Positions 11,090-24,497 of a stretch of 64,000 bases of DNA are shown piece after piece. A model generated the notes under the pieces. It was given only the letters and a program-made list of their open reading frames with translations. It ran no database searches and was not told where the DNA came from. The translations under genes and the position numbers were made by a program. The DNA is taken from the NCBI GenBank assembly GCA_950097015.1, contig CATNEN010000039.1, positions 13,950,001 to 14,014,000 of the forward strand, in the 5' to 3' direction. The DNA comes from Macrostomum hystrix (Eukaryota > Animalia > Platyhelminthes). Every line of letters starts with the position of its first letter. Within the stretch, counting starts at the first letter, position 1.

Positions 11090-12433
11090 CTAAAAGTAGA
11101 AATACAAGTTAGTAGTACTTTGAAGTACTTTGTTTAGCGAAAGATTTCTGGTTTTAGTCTGTTTTTAAACCAGCCGAAACTCAAGAAACGTTTGATATTC
11201 TTTAGAAAACTTTTTTTTCACTATTTAAAGCTTCGATATGTTTTCTTTAGTAAGGAATGGTTGCCCGATCCTTAAAAAATGGAAGGTTGCCCCATACTTA
11301 AATAATGGAAGGTTGCCCCATACTTAAATAATGGAAGGTTGCCCCATACTTACATAATGGAAGGTTGCCCCATACTTACATAATGGAAGGTTGCCCCATA
11401 CTTAAATAATGGAAGGTTGCCCCATACTTACATAATGGAAGGTTGCCCCATACTTAAATAATGGAAGGTTGCCCCATACTTACATAATGGAAGGTTGCCC
11501 CATACTTACATAATGGAAGGTTGCCCCATACTTAAATAATGGAAGGTTGCCCCATACTTAAATAATGGAAGGTTGCCCCATACTTACATAATGGAAGGTT
11601 GCCCCATACTTACATAATGGAAGGTTGCCCCATACTTAAATAATGGAAGGTTGCCCAATACTTAAATAATGGGAGGTTGCCCCATACTTAAATAATGGAA
11701 GGTTGCCCCATACTTAAATAATGGAAGGTTGTCCCATACTTAAATAATGGGAGGTTGCCCCATACTTAAATAATGGGAGGTTGCCCCATACTTAAATAAT
11801 GGAAGGTTGCCCCATACTTAAATAATGGAAGGTTGCCCATACTTAAATAATGGAAGGTTGCCCAATACTTAAATAATGGAAGGTTGCCCAATACTTAAAT
11901 AATGGAAGGTTGCCCAATACTTACATAATGGAAGGTTGCCCAATACTTAAATAATGGAAGGTTGTCCAATACTTAAATAATGAAAGGTTGCCCAATACTT
12001 AAATAATGGAAGGTTGCCCCATACTTAAGTAATGGAAGGTTGCCCAATACTTAAATAATGGGAGGTTGCCCCATACTTAAATAATGGAAGGTTGCCCAAT
12101 ACAATTAAATAATGGAAGGTTGCCCCATACTTAAATAATGGAAGGTTGCCCCATACTTAAATAATGGAAGGTTGCCCCATACTTAAATAATGGAAGGTTG
12201 CCCCATACTTAAATAATGGAAGGTTGCCCCATACTTAAATAATGGAAGGTTGCCCAATACTTAAATAATGGAAGGTTGCCCCATACTTAAATAATGGAAG
12301 GTTGCCCAATACTTAAATAATGGAAGGTTGCCCAATACTTAAATTAATGGGAGGTTGACGAACCAGAGGGAACCCGAAATTTGAGTCACTCAGCTCAAAC
12401 GTTAATATTGCATTAATGTAATTAGCTTCTCAC
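11090..12433 (-). other. Probable 5'UTR intron of Mx, filled by a 26-bp minisatellite
   Basis: Minus-strand donor CAAG|GTGAG at 12433 and acceptor TTCTACTTTTAG at 11090 bracket the array. Confidence 0.55.
11258..12358. repeat. 26-bp minisatellite AATGGAAGGTTGCCCCATACTTAAAT
   Basis: ~42 units. Confidence 0.95.
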
Positions 12434-12527
12434 CTTGAGTTGGCCACACTCATGTTAATCGTGTTTTTTATTCAGACGATTATAAGAGACAATCACAAAA
12501 ATAATAAATTTATTGTTAAAGCCAAAC

Positions 12528-12747
12528 GAAACGGAAACTAGAAAATGAGATACTTACGCTGCAACAAAGCAGAGTGAAATGAAATGATCAGAACAGAACA
12601 GATTACAACTGTGAAATTACAATGAGCGAGCAAGGACAACGGGAGAGATTGCAGATATGAATAGTTGACAGAAGTATATATAATTTTTCTGTCTTCTAAA
12701 TATGGAAACCGAAAACTGTAGCTTCCGTACATTATAGAAACAGAAAC
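12528..12747. promoter_or_regulatory. Cluster of ISRE/IRF-E-like motifs in the putative Mx promoter
   Basis: GAAACGGAAACT 12528-12539 (AGTTTCCGTTTC on the Mx strand, matching AGTTTCNNTTTC); GAAACCGAAA 12705-12714; GAAACAGAAAC 12737-12747. Confidence 0.5.
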
Positions 12748-12935
12748 AGAGGCCGCGGATTTCTTGGAAATTGCGACTGCGGTCTGCGGATGAATGCAAA
12801 TTTTCAACCCCGCAATTCTGCAATGTGCATGCTAAAATGTATGCTATGCGCGCACAACTAACTTGTCATGCTAACTTGTGCTTAGAGTTTTCTTCTCAGA
12901 GTGTAAAAAAAACCAAAAAGTTTCTCTGTCTAGAC

Positions 12936-13543
12936 CAGGGGTCGGCTAGATAGTGGGCCAGATCCGGCCGGCAAGGCTTCCTCATGCGGCCTGTTTCCCT
13001 TTGCTATTCCTTAATGTTAATGTGGCCCGCAAACAGATTTCACAAACTCCACTCCATACTCACCACCAATTTAATTTTCCAAGATTTAAAAAAAAAGAAC
13101 CACCCTGACTCATGACTCCATGCCAGTTAGCAACACTAGCTCGCATCAGTTCCTTCCTGGTCTGTTCTTCACTGCGCTGTACTCTTCCGCAGAAGGATAG
13201 GATCTGTCGCCAGGCGACAGTGTTTAGCTAACTTTCAAAGGATAGGAGAGGAAGGGTTAGTGTGCACAGTCGTGTTGAGGCTGAATGTACCTCAAACCAG
13301 CGGCCCCCAAGTTTGCGATCGGAAAGGTGAGAGAAATTGTAAAAAAAGCCGGTAGGCTAAGAGTTCACTCACCCGACTGTAAGTAAATACAAAACTTTTA
13401 AAATGAAAATGAAAGTGAAAAAATAGGGATCTGGGGGGGGGACGTCCTCACGGTCACGGACGTCTATAGTTTTTTCTCTGGCACCGTGGTACTGTCCCAG
13501 AACTCAATCCGGCCAGCACTGATAAAAAGTTTGCCGACCCCTG
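12936..13543. mobile_element. Non-autonomous hAT (Charlie-like) MITE
   Basis: TIRs CAGGGGTCGGC...GCCGACCCCTG; perfect 8-bp TSD GTCTAGAC at 12928-12935 and 13544-13551. Confidence 0.9.
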
Positions 13544-13759
13544 GTCTAGACTCTAGAATGTGGCAATAGAACTCGTGATAACCTGTGCTCCAGTTTCTCA
13601 GGTATTATCTAGCCTTTCTTGATGCTGGTCAAGAGCCGATAAGCAAGCGTGCCTAATTAATGAATAACTATCAGAAAGCGAAATTTCACACTCTCTTCAT
13701 TTTGACACAGCCGACAAAATCAGGTGCGGTAAAAGCCGTTTGTAGCAACAGACTGACGT

Positions 13760-14550
13760 ATTGGGGTGGGTCAGCTTATGGATTGGGGTGGGTCAGCTAA
13801 TGGATTGGGGTGGGTCAGCTAATGGATTGGGGTGGGTCAGCTAATGGATTGGGGTGGGTCAGCTAATGGATTGGGGTGGGTCAGCTAATGGATTGAGGTG
13901 GGTCAGCTGATGGATTGAGGTGGGTCAGCTGATGGATTGAGGTGGGTCAGCTGATGGATTGGGGTGGGTCAGCTGATGGATTGGGGTGGGTCAGCTAATG
14001 GATTGGGGTGGGTCAGCTGATGGATTGAGGTGGGTCAGCTGATGGATTGAGGTGGGTCAGCTGATGGATTGAGGTGGGTCAGCTGATGGATTGAGGTGGG
14101 TCAGCTGATGGATTGAGGTGGTTCAACTGACGGATTGAAGTGGGTCAACTGATGGATTGAAGTGGGTCAACTGATGGATTGAGGTCGGTCAGCTGATGGA
14201 TTGGGGTGGGTCAGCTGATGGATTGAGGTGGGTCAGCTGATGGATTGGGGTGGTTCAGCTGACGGATTAAGGTGGGTCAGCTGACGGATTGGGGTGGGTC
14301 AGCTGATGGATTGAGGTGGGTCAGCTAATGGATTGAGGTGGGTCAGCTGATGGATTGAGGTGGGTCAGCTGATGGATTGGGGTGGTTCAGCTGACGGATT
14401 AAGGTGGGTCAGCTGATGGGTTGGGGTGGTTCAACTGACGGATTGAAGTGGGTCAGCTGATGGATTGAGGTGGGTCAGCTGACGGATTGGGGTGGGTCAG
14501 CTGATGGATTGAGGTGGGTCAGCTGACGGATTGGGGTGGGTCAGCTGATG
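13760..14550. repeat. 22-bp minisatellite GATTGAGGTGGGTCAGCTGATG
   Basis: Tandem units. Confidence 0.95.
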
Positions 14551-14921
14551 AATTGCTGAGTGGATGATTAGCAACCCATGAAGCAGGAACTAGTTAAACT
14601 ATGCTCTGCAATGAAGTCTGTAAAATAACTGAGGTTTTGTACACAGTGTTTAAAGCCTTTTTCGTGTGTCAAACCGTTTCCACTGGACGACGAAAAATTC
14701 ACTCGATAATGCACTTTCTACTGTAAGTAGCATTGTGTAGGTCGCAAGATGCACAATTGCTGGCTACGTTACAGAATAGCAATGCAGTAAAAGCCAGAGA
14801 AATATAAGAAAGTTAATGGATTCACATTATAACTGTTTATTTAAATTCAAACTGGTGTAAACCGCAGTAATTAATTTTTTACAGTTTAAAAGCGATCTGA
14901 AAAGCCTATAATATAGACAGC

Positions 14922-17900
14922 CTACTTTGATCGTTTAGGCTTAAAAGTGCAACTGTCCTCAGTGTCAGTGGTTCGCTTCAGACTGCCAGCTGGTAGGACT
15001 CGTTCTCCAATGACAGCACCCGGCTTGGTTGGACTCGGCTGAGCGGCCTCTGTCGCCGAGGTCCACGGTCCCAGGGTTGCGGGGACGGCGGCAGCAGCTG
15101 GGGCGGAGCCGAGAACGCGAATCTGGATTGGTCGGGTAAGTATATAGCTACGCTTAAAAATGTTTACTAATAGGATGACGAGGCATCTAGCTATTGAAAT
15201 TATAGTATAGTTACTCCCCCGTTTACTTAAACTCCGTTCTATTTGCAGCAATTTCCACCACTACTACGAGTAGTGTAGGGTTGTAAAAATGTTTGAAGCA
15301 TTTTAGTGCCTCACAAATGAGTCAGAACCCTACGTAGAGACTGACGTCAGTTGCTATTTTTAGCTTGTCTAACTTGGCACTAGACCTAAGGTACTCGACA
15401 ATAAAAGACTCTTGACGGGTCAAAGATCCTCACCTTTGTGGACTTCACAGTTAGCTTATCGTTAGCCGCGGAGTTGACTGCCATCTTTGGCTGTGGCTTC
15501 TCCCAGACAGTTTCTATGGGCGGATTAAGATTGATTAAACCTATGTCCTGATAAGATGACGAGGCATTAAGCTACTAGGAAGCTACTAAGTATATAGGAA
15601 AAGTTACTCTAGCCGTTTACTCATTGCTTGTCGAGCCTTACCTCTAGTCTTAGTGTTCCAATAGTATACCCGGCCATCAGCGGTCTTCGACTCCTTCCAA
15701 TCCTGGCTGAAATCGGCTGCTGCGGCTTCGGCTGCCGCGGCAGCTGCTGAAACCTCGGCCGATGCGATGTCGCCGCGTTTATAGCCACTGGCAGTGGTCT
15801 CAGTAGCAACAGCTGCAACAGGGCGAAATTGTCTGTGATTTTTGTGATAACAATGGACCAGGATGTTTATAATGGGAAACAATGGACCAGGATGTTATTA
15901 ATGGGAAACAATGGACCAGGATGTTTATAATTGGAAACAATGGACCAGGATGTTTATAATGAGAAACAATGGACCAGGATGTTTATAATGGGAAACAATG
16001 GACCAGGATATTTATAATGGGAAACAATGGACCAGGATGTTTATAATGGGAAACAATGGACAAGGGTGTTTATAATGGGAAACAATGGACCAGGATGTCT
16101 ATAATGGGAAACAATGGACAAGGGTGTTTATATAATGGGAAACAATGGACCAGGATGTTTATAATGGGAAACAATGGACAAGGGTGTTTATATAATGGGA
16201 AACAATGGACAAGGGTGTTTATAAAATGGGAAACAATGGACAAGGGTGTTTATAATGAGAAACAATGGACAAGGGTGTTTATAATGGGAAACAATGGACA
16301 AGGGTGTTTATAATGGGAAACAATGGACAAGGGTGTTTATAATGGGAAACAATGGACAAGGGTGTTTATAATGGGAAACAATGGACAAGGGTGTTTATAT
16401 AATGGGAAACAATGGACCAGGATGTTTATAATGGGAAACAATGGACCAGAATGTTTATAATGGGAAACAATGGACAAGGGTGTTTATATAATGGGAAACA
16501 ATGGACAAGGGTGTTTATAATGAGAAACAATGGACCAGGATGTTTATAATGGGAAACAATGGACAAGGGTGTTTATATAATGGGAAACAATGGACCAGGA
16601 TGTTTATAATGGGAAACAATGGACAAGGGTGTTTATAATGGGAAACAATGGACAAGGGTGTTTATAATGGGAAACAATGGACCAGGATGTTTATAATGGG
16701 AAACAATGGACAAGGGTTTTTATAATGGGAAACAATGGACCAGGATGTTTATAATGAGAAACAATGGACCAGAATGTTTATAATGGGAAACAATGGACAA
16801 GGGTGTTTATATAATGGGAAACAATGGACAAGGGTGTTTATAATGAGAAACAATGGACCAGGATGATTATAATGGGAAACAATGGACAAGGGTGTTTATA
16901 TAATGGGAAACAATGGAGCAGAATGTTTATAGTGAGAAACAATGGACCAGAATGTTTATAATGAGAAACAATGGACAAGGGTGTTTATAATGGGAAACAA
17001 TGGACCAGGATGTTTATAATGGGAAACAAAGGACATTATTGGACCAGGGTGTTTATAATGGGAAACAATGGACCAGGATGTTTATAATGGGAAACAATGG
17101 ACCAGAATGTTTATAATGGGAAACAATGGACCAGAATGTTTATAATGGGAAACAATGGACCAGGATGTTTATAATGGGAAACAATGGACCAGGATGTTTA
17201 TAATGGGAAACAATGGACCAGGATGTTTATAATGGGAAACAATGGACCAGATGTTTATAATGGGACACAATGGACCAGGATGTTTATAATGGGAAACAAT
17301 GGACAAGGGTGTTTATAATGGGAAACAATGGACCAGGATGTTTATAATGGGAAACAATGGACCAGGGTGTTACCTCCAGCTGTTGGACTTGAATCAGAAC
17401 CGCTTGGCATACTTTTGGCGGCTCCCTGAAAAGTTGAAGATGTTTCTATAAGCCAAGTCAGCTCAGTCAAATAAACTCAAACGATGTACTAAGGAAATTG
17501 AAGCCATTTTTGCACTAAACGTAACGGTTTACTAACCTCGTTCATTTTCTTAAAGCAATTATCGAGCAGTCGTTTCTCTCGTTCATCTTGAAGTGCTTTA
17601 ATGCGAATCTGAAAATTAATACATAGCATAAATTGAAAAGCTTCTGTGACAGGTTAATAGCGATTTTTAATTGAAGGTGTTCCAACGTGTTAGTTATTTT
17701 CTCTGTTCGAAATTGAGGTTGTGACGCTACAGTCCAGGAGGGCGCTAAAAACTGGGTGTGAGAAATCGGTAAAGCCTTAGAAGAAAAATGCTCGTGCCTT
17801 AATAGTCGCTACCATTAGAGTGTTAAGCCCGCGGAGACAAGAATCGCGGATTACTGAAAAGTTAAAATGGCCCTTTTCAGGGCCATCAGCCTATGCATAG

Positions 17901-18380
17901 GGAAAAACACGTATAATTGATAGGCCGGAGTGATACGCTAACAATAGAGAGAAAGATAGACTAAAAATAGGTAAAATTTAGAAATTCAACAGCAAAACTA
18001 AACACACCTCTTTAAGTCGCCGTTCAACATTCTCCTGATGGTTCTTGCCACCCTCGTGCCGATCCCTGGTCTAAAAAATCAAAATCAAAGGCGTCAAAAC
18101 TAGAATATTTAGAAACTAAACACAAACCTGGCCAAAAACTGATATTTTTAATAGTATTCTAAAATTTACTAAATTAAAAGGTCGGCTATTATTAAGCTTA
18201 CCACTTTGTTATCTGCCATGTAACAGTTACATGCTGTACAGTAGTACTTTGGCTGTGATTTCCAATAGTCAGCCCTTAAAATAAGTCAAAGACAAAGTCA
18301 ATTATAAAAATTATATAATTTGTATTTAAATAATAAATTATTACTACCAGAAAACAAAAGAAAGCTATATGGACTTACAT
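14922..18380 (-). CDS. WBP4: WW domain-binding protein 4 / FBP21-like (U1-type zinc finger + WW), ~237 aa; exons 18380-18379, 18274-18202, 18070-18008, 17608-17537, 17425-17374, 15812-15642, 15513-15434, 15122-14922
   Basis: N-terminus MADYWKSQPKYYCTACNCYMADNK...HEGGKNHQENV is the WBP4 signature; WW domain [26 protein letters not shown]; splice phases consistent. Confidence 0.88.
15848..17371. repeat. 29-bp minisatellite GGGAAACAATGGACCAGGATGTTTATAAT (WBP4 intron 5)
   Basis: Array starts immediately after the donor GT on the sense strand. Confidence 0.95.
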
Positions 18381-21300
18381 TTTAGACTTGCTTTTGCCAC
18401 AGAATATTATGAAAATACAATGTGTTCTGAAAAGCAACAATAAAACAGCGGATTTGAGTTAATAAACAATTGATGAAAAATGCTTACATATTCTAATTAT
18501 TTACTGTATTTCTATTTTAATGAAAATAATAACAACTGATTAAACCTGCTATGATTGGGCAATATGTGCTGGCAACTGCACAGCTGCTGCTAGTGTTCAG
18601 TGCATGCTACGGGTGGGTAAAGCTGTGTTCAGTCCATGGACTGGGGGGATGCTGCACTAACCCTCAGTACACTAGGTATTCGGCTTTAACCATTTAACAA
18701 TTGGGTATACATAATTGAAATTAAAAAGTTAAAATCCGCCATATAGTCATTTTTAAAGGTATAATTTTTATACCTATTTAAACCACAACAATTTTTATTG
18801 ATAAGCTATGCAGCTATTAGGTTAAAGTTTGCCAAAATTTTGCATGTAGGCCATGGCTCTAGGATATGTTTAAACAAATTATTGAGGCATAAAAATATAG
18901 AAGTATTTTTAGATAGGGCCCTGTTTGACATTTCTCAGAAAGTGTTAACTCTAAAAATATTTATTTTTGTTTAACTACATGTAAAAAATTGTTTAAATAC
19001 AGGTGCCAATTTGTTTGAACACACTGAAAAAATGTTTTACTAAAGTTGCAAAGGTGAGAAAGAAGTGAAATTTAAGTATAAATATACAAATAGAAAGTAG
19101 ATAAAAATCAACATTTTGTTGTGTGTGATAACAATGCTCAGAATAAGAAAGTTGGAAAGAGTGAAGTGTTTGTCTAAAAGTTATTTTGAGAGACATTGTG
19201 AAAGAGAAGTAAATAAAGAGAAAGAAGGAGAGCTATAACCCTAGATCCACTGTTAAGCCTAAGACAGACTGACAAATAGCTGAACATTGATTAAAGAGTA
19301 ACTCAAGAAGTTATAAGACTTAATAAAGACTGATAAAGGTTGATGAAGCAGGATAAAGATAAATAAATGGTGATAAAGTTTGATAAATAAGTATTAAAAG
19401 GCAATTACAGAAATAAATGCAGTAAGATCCCAGTACAAGTAATAGCAGAATAATAAATATCCGCCATATTGAGCATAATGCTACCATATATATATCTACT
19501 ATATATATGTTTCTATGGTACTGGCCAGCTCTGGCAACAAACCACTAGCAGAAAAACATTTTGGCGACAAGTCATTTCAATGACAACAATTTTGGCAACA
19601 ATCTACTTTCAAATTTTGTAAATTCAAGTAAATTGGTTGAACCAGTGCTAATTAATTTTATCAGTGGCATAAGCATTATTTTTTCTTATTTTAGTTAACA
19701 ACTTCATGTTAGCAACATGTTGATTTTGTTTTAATCTCAAGTGCATATATCACAGAATAGATCACTCCCCTAATTCACCAAACAAAGAATATGCTGACAC
19801 ATAACCACATTTTTTGTTTTGGTGGGCATAATAGTGTGATTCAATAATGGTTAAATAGTTAAAGAATGTAAAATGCAGTGAAACACATTTATTAATTTTT
19901 TAGCCTTCAAATATGTACTGCACACAGGTCAATCTAATATTGTACCTGTATCATATCTTATTAAAAGCCACAGTGCCAATTATGAATGTGAATTGGCAAT
20001 TTAGCATTCAAAAAAGTTGCAACAACTACAATTGAGAAAAAATATGGTGAATATGTAATACAATAAATATAGGCCTAATACTTAAGACATATTTAAACAC
20101 ATAATATAATGGCAAATTAAAAAACATTAACTTAACCTATGTTTTAAAGATAGGCCTATGTAGGCTTGCTATCTTTTTGCAATGCTTACTGCCTATTAAA
20201 ATAGGGTCTAAAACTAAAATATGCAAAAAGGCTTAGCCTAGCCAGCTTTCAAAATCTACAATATACAGCTTAAGAAGAAAACTTGCCACGGAGTTTGTGT
20301 GGTGGTGTAGCTAGTGATCCTTGTCCAAGGATTTGACCATCAGCATCATTACCGATGTTATTATGATAAAAAATACACATATTTTAGTTTGTGTGAATAT
20401 TAGCAATAACTTTGCAAACATTGCTTTTTACGTTCACGGAGAGCAATTTTTATTTACTTTTAACTAGGATCAATTCTTCGTGCGATTTTAGAACTAAAAA
20501 CCTTCTCGGCGACTTTACATGAATTGCGTATAGTGCGACTTTCTTGCCACATTTGAATGTGCGCATTTACTGTAACATTTACTGTTCATATTTACATTGA
20601 AATTCGCGATGTAATTTTGATTTTGTGCTAGTATTATATTGTATTTGTACTGTACTTCCTTTATCTACTGTAATTTACTGTAATCATATTTGTTTTAATG
20701 TTTGTTACTTAAATGACTGCAGCACGTAACTTGAACGTCAATTTCAATTTAAATGGCAACGTAATAAAACAAATATTATTGTATTTACTTACTAAATGTA
20801 ATGATGTGAGTGCACATAACAAGTCTGAATTCATGCAAAAAATGCTTTGCAATGATATTTTCGAATTTTAGCACAACATACAATATTTTATTGTTGAATA
20901 ACAACAAGAAGTCAAAATAAACATTTAAATTATTCGGAAAATCGTTGGCACACCCTAGGGTCACGTTGAAAGCAACTTGTTTCTCTGTACAGAAATAGTC
21001 ATTTATTGTCAAGTATTGCGTCAATGTATAAAGTAAATTTTTTAAAAAATTTATTATGGCACGTCAATACAAAGCAGATTTTTTAAAACTTTTAATGGAC
21101 AATTCTTGTAAACTTTATAGCATAGTTGTACAGTTTAGTGTCCTAAGCAGTAAAGCATAATAAATATATCTGGCTAAAAAAGTCAAGCTATTATAGTCCA
21201 AAATGTGCAAAAAAACGTGTCGAAGATTCTATTTCATTCTACTTTTCATTTGCGCCCTCTGTTTTTAACCAATGTTTATTCCTTATGTATCAGATGACTT

Positions 21301-23410
21301 TTTATGACCACAACGATGTCGTGTGCAGGCAGAAAAAGCGGTATGAATATTTCAAAAGGAAAAAGTTGAAAATGAAAGCATGGTAGAGACCAACGGAATG
21401 ATGATACTTCTGCTATTTGTAACGCAATAATATTACTTGTAAATTTTTCGCGTAAAAATAGTCTAAAACAAGCTACATTTTAACATGTACAGTTTTCTAT
21501 ACATTTATAAAGAACACATAACAGACAGCGAAATTATTTGTATAAAGAGAAAAACAAAAAAAATTAATGAGAAATATTGTTTATGAAAGATGCTAACCTT
21601 TAACCAATAACCATTAAGTACTTTGGGCACAACTGAGTAAAGCACCAGCCATATCAATCTAAATTTAATGGCTATTAAAATATATTGTTTCTATAATTTA
21701 TCATCTCTAATTTATTTAGTTATGTCGCTTTTAAATCAACGTATATATTTTAAAAAATACAATATACAGTTACTTAATGAAATTACGCATTTAATTTACA
21801 AAAAATTAACATTTAACGAGTAGATATAATCTATCAGATCTCACTTTGTTCGACCTTTAGACTTGTAAACTTTTTGCGCATATGTATAAGCGATTCTATC
21901 AGTGGAAGAATTTTTGTGGTATTCTCTCATATCAACTAAATTTCTGTACTGAAAGAACTTGAAATGATCGTTTTCACATTGTAGATTATATCAGCATGGT
22001 CTCCAAGGTATATGCAAAGAGAATAAAAAAGCGTGAGCAATGGCAGCAGTACCTGGCAAGGAAAGCGATGGAAGATTCTGATGGCTTTGTGGCAAAAAGA
22101 GCAAAACAAAGCAAAGGAGCGTATGCTATAAGCAAAGCGTCTATCACACAAGACTGGAGAGACAGAGAAAGCCGGCTTCGTAGGCTGCGTCGAAAACGTC
22201 TGAGTGAGCAAACTAAATTTAGGACAGCAAAAAAATCTGACTCTGGAGACCAGAGTGTGGAATCTCCAAGAAGAACTGCTGCCAGATTGCGCGAGCGGTC
22301 AAAGCTGGTTCGGAAAGTCGAGGCACTAGAAGACAAGATGCTGACAGTGACACGACAAAAGCTCCGATCAGACAAGCGCCGTAGGTCAGTCGAGAAAGCT
22401 GCCACCTACTTTGTAGCGAAAACAAAAAACTAAATTATGGCGTTGAAGCATATCGTTCGAACTGTTGTCTTGGCTAAACGAAAGAATGTCGTACGCAAGC
22501 TTGTGAAGCAGGCATGCCGCACAGCAACTGATAGTTTGCGATTGAGAGTCATGCGGCTGTTAAAATATCGCTGGAGAGCGCTGCGGAACCCGGTGCTACC
22601 GCAAACCATTAGCGTAACACGGAAGGCTGTAGAGGAATTTTACTGTCAAGATACAGTCTCAAGAGCTACCGCTGGACGCAAGGAGACCTTGACGCGCAAC
22701 AAAGAGCGTCGACAGAAGCGGTTTCTTCTATACCGCTCCCTTGAGATATTGCGCATTAGGTTCCTTGCAGAGAATCCTCTGTTAAAGGTCAGCCGCGCTT
22801 CCTTTTATCGTTTGAAACCTTGGCACGTCGTCAAGCCAAGACTAACAGACCGAGAGCAGTGTATTTGTCAACAGTGTGCTAATCTGGACCTGTTTATTAA
22901 AGGCATGTTTGCGGTGCGAGCCGTTAGTTCCACAGACAAACACGTGCTACTTCGCAGCATCTGTGCAGCGGAACTGAGCAGGATGTCTGCCTCTAGCGGC
23001 AGTGCGTCGCCTGTAAGCACAAAACACCTTTAAAAGTCATGATTAGCAAGCCGCAGGTGACGTTTCAGAAATGGGGACTGGTGACCTTGCCTGCCAGAGG
23101 AACAGTGACAACAGGCCTTATTTCTGAGACCTTGGATTACAACGCTGCGGTAGACAAGCTGCTTATAGACCTACTAGCTTTTTTTGCCCGTTGTTTTTGG
23201 GGCAGAAATTTAAAGCAAAGCAGTAAGCAATTCACGTCTCTGTATTAACTTTATAGTGAAGGTCACCATTTATTTATTTACTACATTAATGAAAAGTGAA
23301 GAGTTTGTTTAAGGGCGTTTTAAGTAAAAAATAAGTGAAAAGTTTGTCCAAACAGCCCCCTCTTGATTACTTCTTTAGAAACATGTCTCTTAGCCACTCC
23401 TCTATACAGT

Positions 23411-23683
23411 AAGTGGCAGATCCAGGAATTTTGTTTTGGGGCGGTCTGTCAGGGGAGCGCCATGAGAATCACAGAGGGGGTGCCAGCGGCCGAAAAAGGG
23501 CGCCAGGAGCCAAGAAAGGGCGCCAGCGGCTGAAAAACGGGAGCCAGCGGCTGAAAAAGGGGCGCCAGCGGCCGAAAAGGGGCGCCAGTGCTGCGACTGG
23601 CGCCCCTGGTGGGGGCATCTTATTCCCATGAATAAAATTTAGGGGGGCGACTGCCCCTCCGCCCCCCCCTAAATCTGCCTCTG
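23411..23683. mobile_element. hAT-type MITE nested in the Helitron
   Basis: 8-bp TSD TATACAGT (23403-23410, 23684-23691); imperfect TIRs AAGTGGCAGATCC / AAATCTGCCTCTG. Confidence 0.75.
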
Positions 23684-23840
23684 TATACAGTATGCATGTA
23701 CACGCGTATACATAAGGAAAATAGCCATGGCATAACAATAACAATGTCAAAGAAACAAAATTAAACTGTCATGTTTCAGAGTTCAGAGTTAGACAGGTCA
23801 AGGTCAATTCGTGACTACTTTTCTATTAATTGCTTGCGAG

Positions 23841-24497
23841 TCACCTCAAGGCCTGGGGATACAGCACATTCTTCGTTCTTCCCCTTGGTGCGAAAATGAA
23901 TAGGCCAGCTGGAGTTCCAACACGGGAGCAGGCGACATAAAGCTGCCCATGCGAGAAGCAAGAAGTCTCCAGGTTGATGCCAGCCACCTTCAGCGACTGT
24001 CCCTGAGCCTTGTTAATAGTCATCGCAAAGCACACTCTCACAGGGAACTGCAGTCGCTTGAACTGAAATGGCAGGTCCGTGGGGATAATTGGAATCCGGG
24101 GAACGAACACAGACTCTCCTCTGCCAGATCCAGTCATTATCGTGGCCTCAATCACGTGTGGGAAGAGCCGCCTGACTATCAGTCTGGTGCCGTTACACAG
24201 CCTTGGCGCATTCAGGTTGCGGAGGAGCATAATTGGTGCCCCAACTTTCAGCTGCAAGTTGTGCGATGGAGTTCCAGGAGGATCTAGAGAGTTCAGAAAC
24301 TCAACAGGATACTCCACAGCGGTGTCATCAGTCAACGTTGTATCAATTGACTTGTAGGTGAAAACTGCACCTGGCAACTCCTGAAGCAGTTGGTAGTTAA
24401 TTTCGTTGGCGGCATCATTTCTAGGACACAGAATTGCCCTCTCTGACAGCCAGTCAACGTCAGCATATCGAACCATCAGGTTCGGGTAAACTTTTGC
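23841..24497 (-). pseudogene. Helitron RepHel PIF1-family helicase C-terminal fragment
   Basis: RAILCPRN, PIMLLRNLNAPRLCNGTRL, FKRLQFPVRVCFAMTINKAQGQSL, FSHGQLYVACSRV motifs; N-terminal part absent. Confidence 0.9.
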
